Assembly: GCA_943788175.1 (NCBI GenBank)
Contig: CALSPG010000005.1
Location: 192,001 to 256,000, forward strand
DNA from: an uncultured bacterium
Lineage (GTDB): Bacteria > Fidelibacterota > Marinisomatia > Marinisomatales > UBA1611
Direction: 5' to 3'
DNA: 64,000 bases
The stretch's first letter is position 1. Each line of letters opens with the position of its first letter. The position numbers were made by a program, and so were the translations under genes. The notes below the pieces were generated by a model, which saw nothing but the letters and a program-made list of their open reading frames with translations, had not been told where the DNA came from and did no database searches. This document shows positions 61,001 through 64,000 of the stretch, one piece after another.

Positions 61001-61351
61001 TTCGTCGGTGGCGAGTCCGATTGGACTGAATATTCGTATTTAGTCAATCCGGGGCAACACATTTTTAAATGGGTCTATGAGAAAGACAATGCAGGATTAT
61101 CTGGAGACGACTGTGCCTGGATTGACAATGTTATTTTCCCGCCTGGGTCTATACCTCCTTTAAACATTGATTTTGGAGATTTAAATCAAGATGAAAATAT
61201 TAATGTTCTTGATGTTGTTTTGACCGTTTCATCTGTTTTAGGATACGGAGTACTAAGCGAAGATCAGAAATTAGCAGCCGATATTAATATGGATGGTGTA
61301 GTAAATATTGTAGATGTTACGCTGATCATTGATATGTTGTTTGCTAATTAA
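58055..61351 (+). CDS. C25 (gingipain-like) cysteine peptidase with a propeptide, beta-sandwich domains and a C-terminal dockerin-like domain
   Basis: GAPDLP propeptide, LLLVGD, VGRFSA, catalytic YTGHG and SVACVNG, FGDPS. Tail GDLNQDENINVLD...ADINMDGVVNIVD. Likely ATG at 58055. Confidence 0.88.
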   Translation: MIKNFLIIVVLFASSILSAKQWVEVYSDSPVESSFSYESDGLASTRITFKLSGYFKDNSKNGLKITSPGSVSLLEKGAPDLPIFSTSIQVPDLAEMELEIIESDFVEININDIIPSKGNVTRDVNISSLPFEKGYRYGQNILYPAEISFLRRPHIIRSVRGQAVVFQPFQYNPELGVLRIYTDIIIAIKQNGLSADNPLTRHPSKKRGVKEMENIYKNHFPNYMPINDRYTPLDENGSMLIICHAPFIEAMQPFIDWKVKKGIETTLVDVSTLGGADDIKAFVEEYYYNHGINFLLLVGDIDQIPSPRFSEGAGSNSPSDTYYGFIPTEDYYPDVFVGRFSAETEEHVNTMVNRTISYERYPDTEDGSWYVEGAGFASNEGPGDDGEYDYEHMDIIRQKLLDYNYNNVEQVYDPSGTVAEGEFAINDGLSIINYTGHGSNGSWGNGCPMNNTDVNSLTNNGMWPWIWSVACVNGEFHIGTCFAETWLRATDVSGNPTGAIATLMSTVNQAWNPPMNGQDEMVDIFIESYENNIKRTFGGLSYNGCMEMNDNYGSEGEAETLYWTTFGDPSFVVRSSSPEEIVATHSGVIILGGSQLNVQTNSNGSVAALSKNGVILSVATANEDGLCQLNLDTPIDTPGTIDLVVTSYNHVPYETEINIIAPEGSYMLLNHFSLSSENSETVDFSQPGFLSVSLENVGTESSGPVYVSVTPQTNNVNILTAPMYSDSVFAGDLVEVGPFEFDVFINSLNQDEVLLNLVLVDGINSWQYPISLRVNAPAYNIVSSAIFDGGNNALDPGENVTMRIVVENSGSAPLNYPTFDIFENDNHIIIEELSADNAYYWDVGSSVVLNAVVSISEDAPIGHTAIAWIDIGSLNTNYESMISMPLNIGMLMDNFETEDFSNHDWNFDGQSEWFIQSEQVFDGNYAVRSGSITNNQFSELSVEYNVLNQGYIKFNAKVSSEQGSSGTIYDYLSFYIDDEQLVFVGGESDWTEYSYLVNPGQHIFKWVYEKDNAGLSGDDCAWIDNVIFPPGSIPPLNIDFGDLNQDENINVLDVVLTVSSVLGYGVLSEDQKLAADINMDGVVNIVDVTLIIDMLFAN

Positions 61352-61424
61352 TTAGCATAACCTATACTATTTAATTTAAATGTCATTTAGCTAAGCTAGC
61401 TGCCTGAGTCCTCTCTTTTTTCTA

Positions 61425-63628
61425 ATGAAATTTTTTTCCACAATTCTAGATCACCCCAAAAAAGTAATTTTCTTTCATTATCATAATCACTTTTATGATG
61501 AGTTATTCTATTCTCAACCTATCATACGATTTTACCATTGAGCAGCTTTTTGCAAAAAACAAACAAGAGACCGAACAATATTTTGAATTTCAAAAAGAAT
61601 TTTCAAGAGAAGATAACGTTTTTTTATTGGTTCATAAAAATGCATCGGATTTTAATCCTCAGTTTTTGGACTCTCTTGAAAATTTAGTAATTCAAATTAA
61701 AGATAGTCCTTACTTTTTAGATGCAATTTCATTAATAGACATAAAAAGTAATTTTTATGATGACGAAAAGAGAAAAGAATCCAATCAGATTTCGTCAAGA
61801 TTATTAAATATGCTTTCTTCAGACTCTACGTATGGTGCAATCTGGCTAAAGTTAAAAGATAGCTCACAATACTTTTGATAAACGATCAATCGTTATCAAA
61901 TTTTTAAAAACAATCACCAAAAAATATGATTGGGATTGGACATTCTCAGGACTACCGATTGTTCGTAATACATATGTTGATTATATGATTCAGGATAATA
62001 TAAAATTTATTCCCCCGGTTGGGCTTATTTTAATAATAGCATTAGCCTTTTTATTTCGGAGGTGGGTATATGTTGTGCTCCCATTAATAACCGTATTAAT
62101 AACCGCTATTTGGATTCTTGGGATTATGTCGATTAGTGGCAAGGGATTAAATGTAATGACTTACATGGTTCCAACTTTATTATTTATTATTGGGGTTAGT
62201 GATTCAATACATTTTCTTTCCAGATTCAACATTTACTTTGATAAAGGAATTGAGTTGAAAAAATCTTTGCGCCTATCAATGGATGACATGGGGATTGCTT
62301 TATTTCTAACTAGTTTGACAACAGCAATAGGGTTCTTGGCCTTGTTATATTCATCAATTGCAATAGTGCAAGAATTTGGAGTCTTTATTGCAAGTGGTGT
62401 TTTCATTGCTTATTTATTGACATTGACTTTTATCCCAAGTATGATGATGATTTTAAAGAGCAGTATAAAGAGTGCGGATAAATCAGAAGAAACTAAAAGA
62501 TTTAAATTATTGAAAAAGTTTTCGACGATTGTAAAGAATAGACCAAAACAAGTTGTGGCATTTTCTTTAATGCTTACAACTTTATTTTTAGGTGGCGCCC
62601 TAAAGGTAAATACCGGTAGTTCTTTATTGTCTGATTTGCATCCTCAAAGTTCACTATACATAGATTTAAAAAATGTTGAAAATTGGTTTGGTGGTATTTT
62701 GCCAATGGAAATTATCATTTCAAAGAACGACTCTGTAGAGAAACCCATGCATGATAAAGATATAATGCGTCATGTGAAAAACCTTCAAAATAAGCTAACA
62801 AATATGTTCCCGAAATCCAATTGGATATCTATGCAGAGAGTTTTAGAAGAAGTTTTATATGAGATGAATCCAACATTAGACTTTCCACCAGATCAAGAGA
62901 CTTTAGATCAATTATATATGATTACACAAGATCAGATAGAAACATTAATTAATTTTGAAGAAAATAAGATTAGAATATCGGGTATGTTACCTGATTTGAA
63001 TTCTGATGAGCTAAAAATTGTTGAAGACACGCTAGAAACATTTATAAAAAATAAATTTCCCAAATGGCTCTCGGTTGTTATAACGGGGACTATGCCAGTG
63101 GCTTTAAATACAAATAATTATCTAGTTTTAGATCTTTTTAGCGGTTTTGGATTGGCATTTATTTTTATAAGTATCATAATGAGCTTGTTGTTTTTATCGT
63201 TTCGTATTGGTTTGATAAGTATGCTGCCAAACTTAATACCCATAATTTTTGCGGCTGGTTATCTTGGTTTTATGGGCATACCAATAAGGCCACCAATCGC
63301 CATAACTTTTTCGATTTGCTTGGGTATTGCTGTTGATGACTCATTGCATTTCCTCTTTAGGTTTTGGCAGGAGCGTAAAAACAATTCTAATTTAGAAACA
63401 GCGATATCAAACACTATTGAAACAACGGGTCTGGCAATGCTGACTTCTACAATTGTGCTTGTATCAGGATTCTTAGTTATAACTGTATCTAATTTTATAC
63501 CGACTTCTCAATTTGGAGTTATATCTGCGATTACTTTAACTGTTGCTTTTATTACTGATGTAACTCTTTTGCCTTCACTATTATATTTGTTCCCTATCAA
63601 ATCATCGAAAAAAAATAACAATGATTAG
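61425..63628 (+). CDS. MMPL/RND-family exporter, split by two frameshifts (near 61470 and 61865)
   Basis: ATG 61425 (MKFFSTILDHPKKV). The fragments join through ...WTFSGLPIVR into ORF 61985 (GVSDSIH, TSLTTAIGF, GIAVDDSLH). Confidence 0.8.
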
Positions 63629-64000
63629 GTGGCTCAAAGGGCTATATCATCCCGAAGCTTTTCATGGGGTACGGTCGCGTTCGCCATATTTTGAAGGTTG
63701 GTATCATAAAATTGTTTCAAAAGATAAAAGGTCCATTGTTATTATACCTGGCATGTACAGGAGTGGAGTCGTTAAAAACGAGTTTTCTTTTATTATGGTT
63801 TTTGAAGGTGCTACTGGGCATGTGCATTTTGAGAGGTTTCCCATTTCTGAATTTTCATCAGAAATTGATAAATATGATACTAGGATTGGGAAAAACCACT
63901 TCTTTGAAAATGGAATTGACTTAAATATTAAAACCTCGAATTTCTCATTAAAGGGCTCTATCAATTTTGAAAATCAAAATCCTTGGCCTGTAACATTCAC
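63621..64000 (+). CDS. Tocopherol-cyclase-like (carotenoid hydratase/AttH fold) protein, 3'-truncated by the window
   Basis: Open frame from ATG 63621: MIRWLKGLYHPEAFHG...PYFEGWYHKIVS...IIPG. Absent from the ORF track because there is no stop in the window. Confidence 0.65.
   Translation, partial: MIRWLKGLYHPEAFHGVRSRSPYFEGWYHKIVSKDKRSIVIIPGMYRSGVVKNEFSFIMVFEGATGHVHFERFPISEFSSEIDKYDTRIGKNHFFENGIDLNIKTSNFSLKGSINFENQNPWPVTF

Overview
AT-rich bacterial window. The YPNPFNP/FlgD-type C-terminal sorting domains, dockerin-tailed C25 protease and PorV-like barrel suggest an FCB-group organism such as Marinimicrobia/SAR406; this is inference, not verified. Three regions. (1) 1-6.4 kb: secreted and outer-membrane protein genes on the + strand. 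(2) 6.4-44.9 kb: a ~38 kb minus-strand type IV pilus locus. It contains a pseudo-receiver, pilD, pilB, a PilR-like sigma-54 activator, pilC, an inserted Mrr-like nuclease, an array of 19 pilin genes, 4 minor pilins, an ExeA-PilM-PilN triple fusion, pilO, pilP and pilQ, followed directly by a CHASE2 adenylate cyclase, an FG-GAP adhesin-like protein and a PorV-like/transglutaminase/TPR fusion. Eighteen of the 19 array pilins sit in four units, each with a sigma-54 promoter, TGT-N11-ACA enhancer-like sites at a fixed distance and a terminator. The array shows recent duplication, deletion and chimera formation at the conserved 5' ends of pilin genes. (3) 45.3-64 kb: a + strand catabolic cluster with a class III aminotransferase/phospho-lyase, GH2 beta-galactosidase, SSS transporter, trans-3-hydroxyproline dehydratase, GH109, GHMP kinase, nucleotidyltransferase, rhodanese, OCD-family reductase, GT2, C25 protease, MMPL transporter and a tocopherol-cyclase-like gene. 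Five frameshifts in four otherwise intact genes look like sequencing indels. All calls come from reading motifs by eye; no database searches were run.
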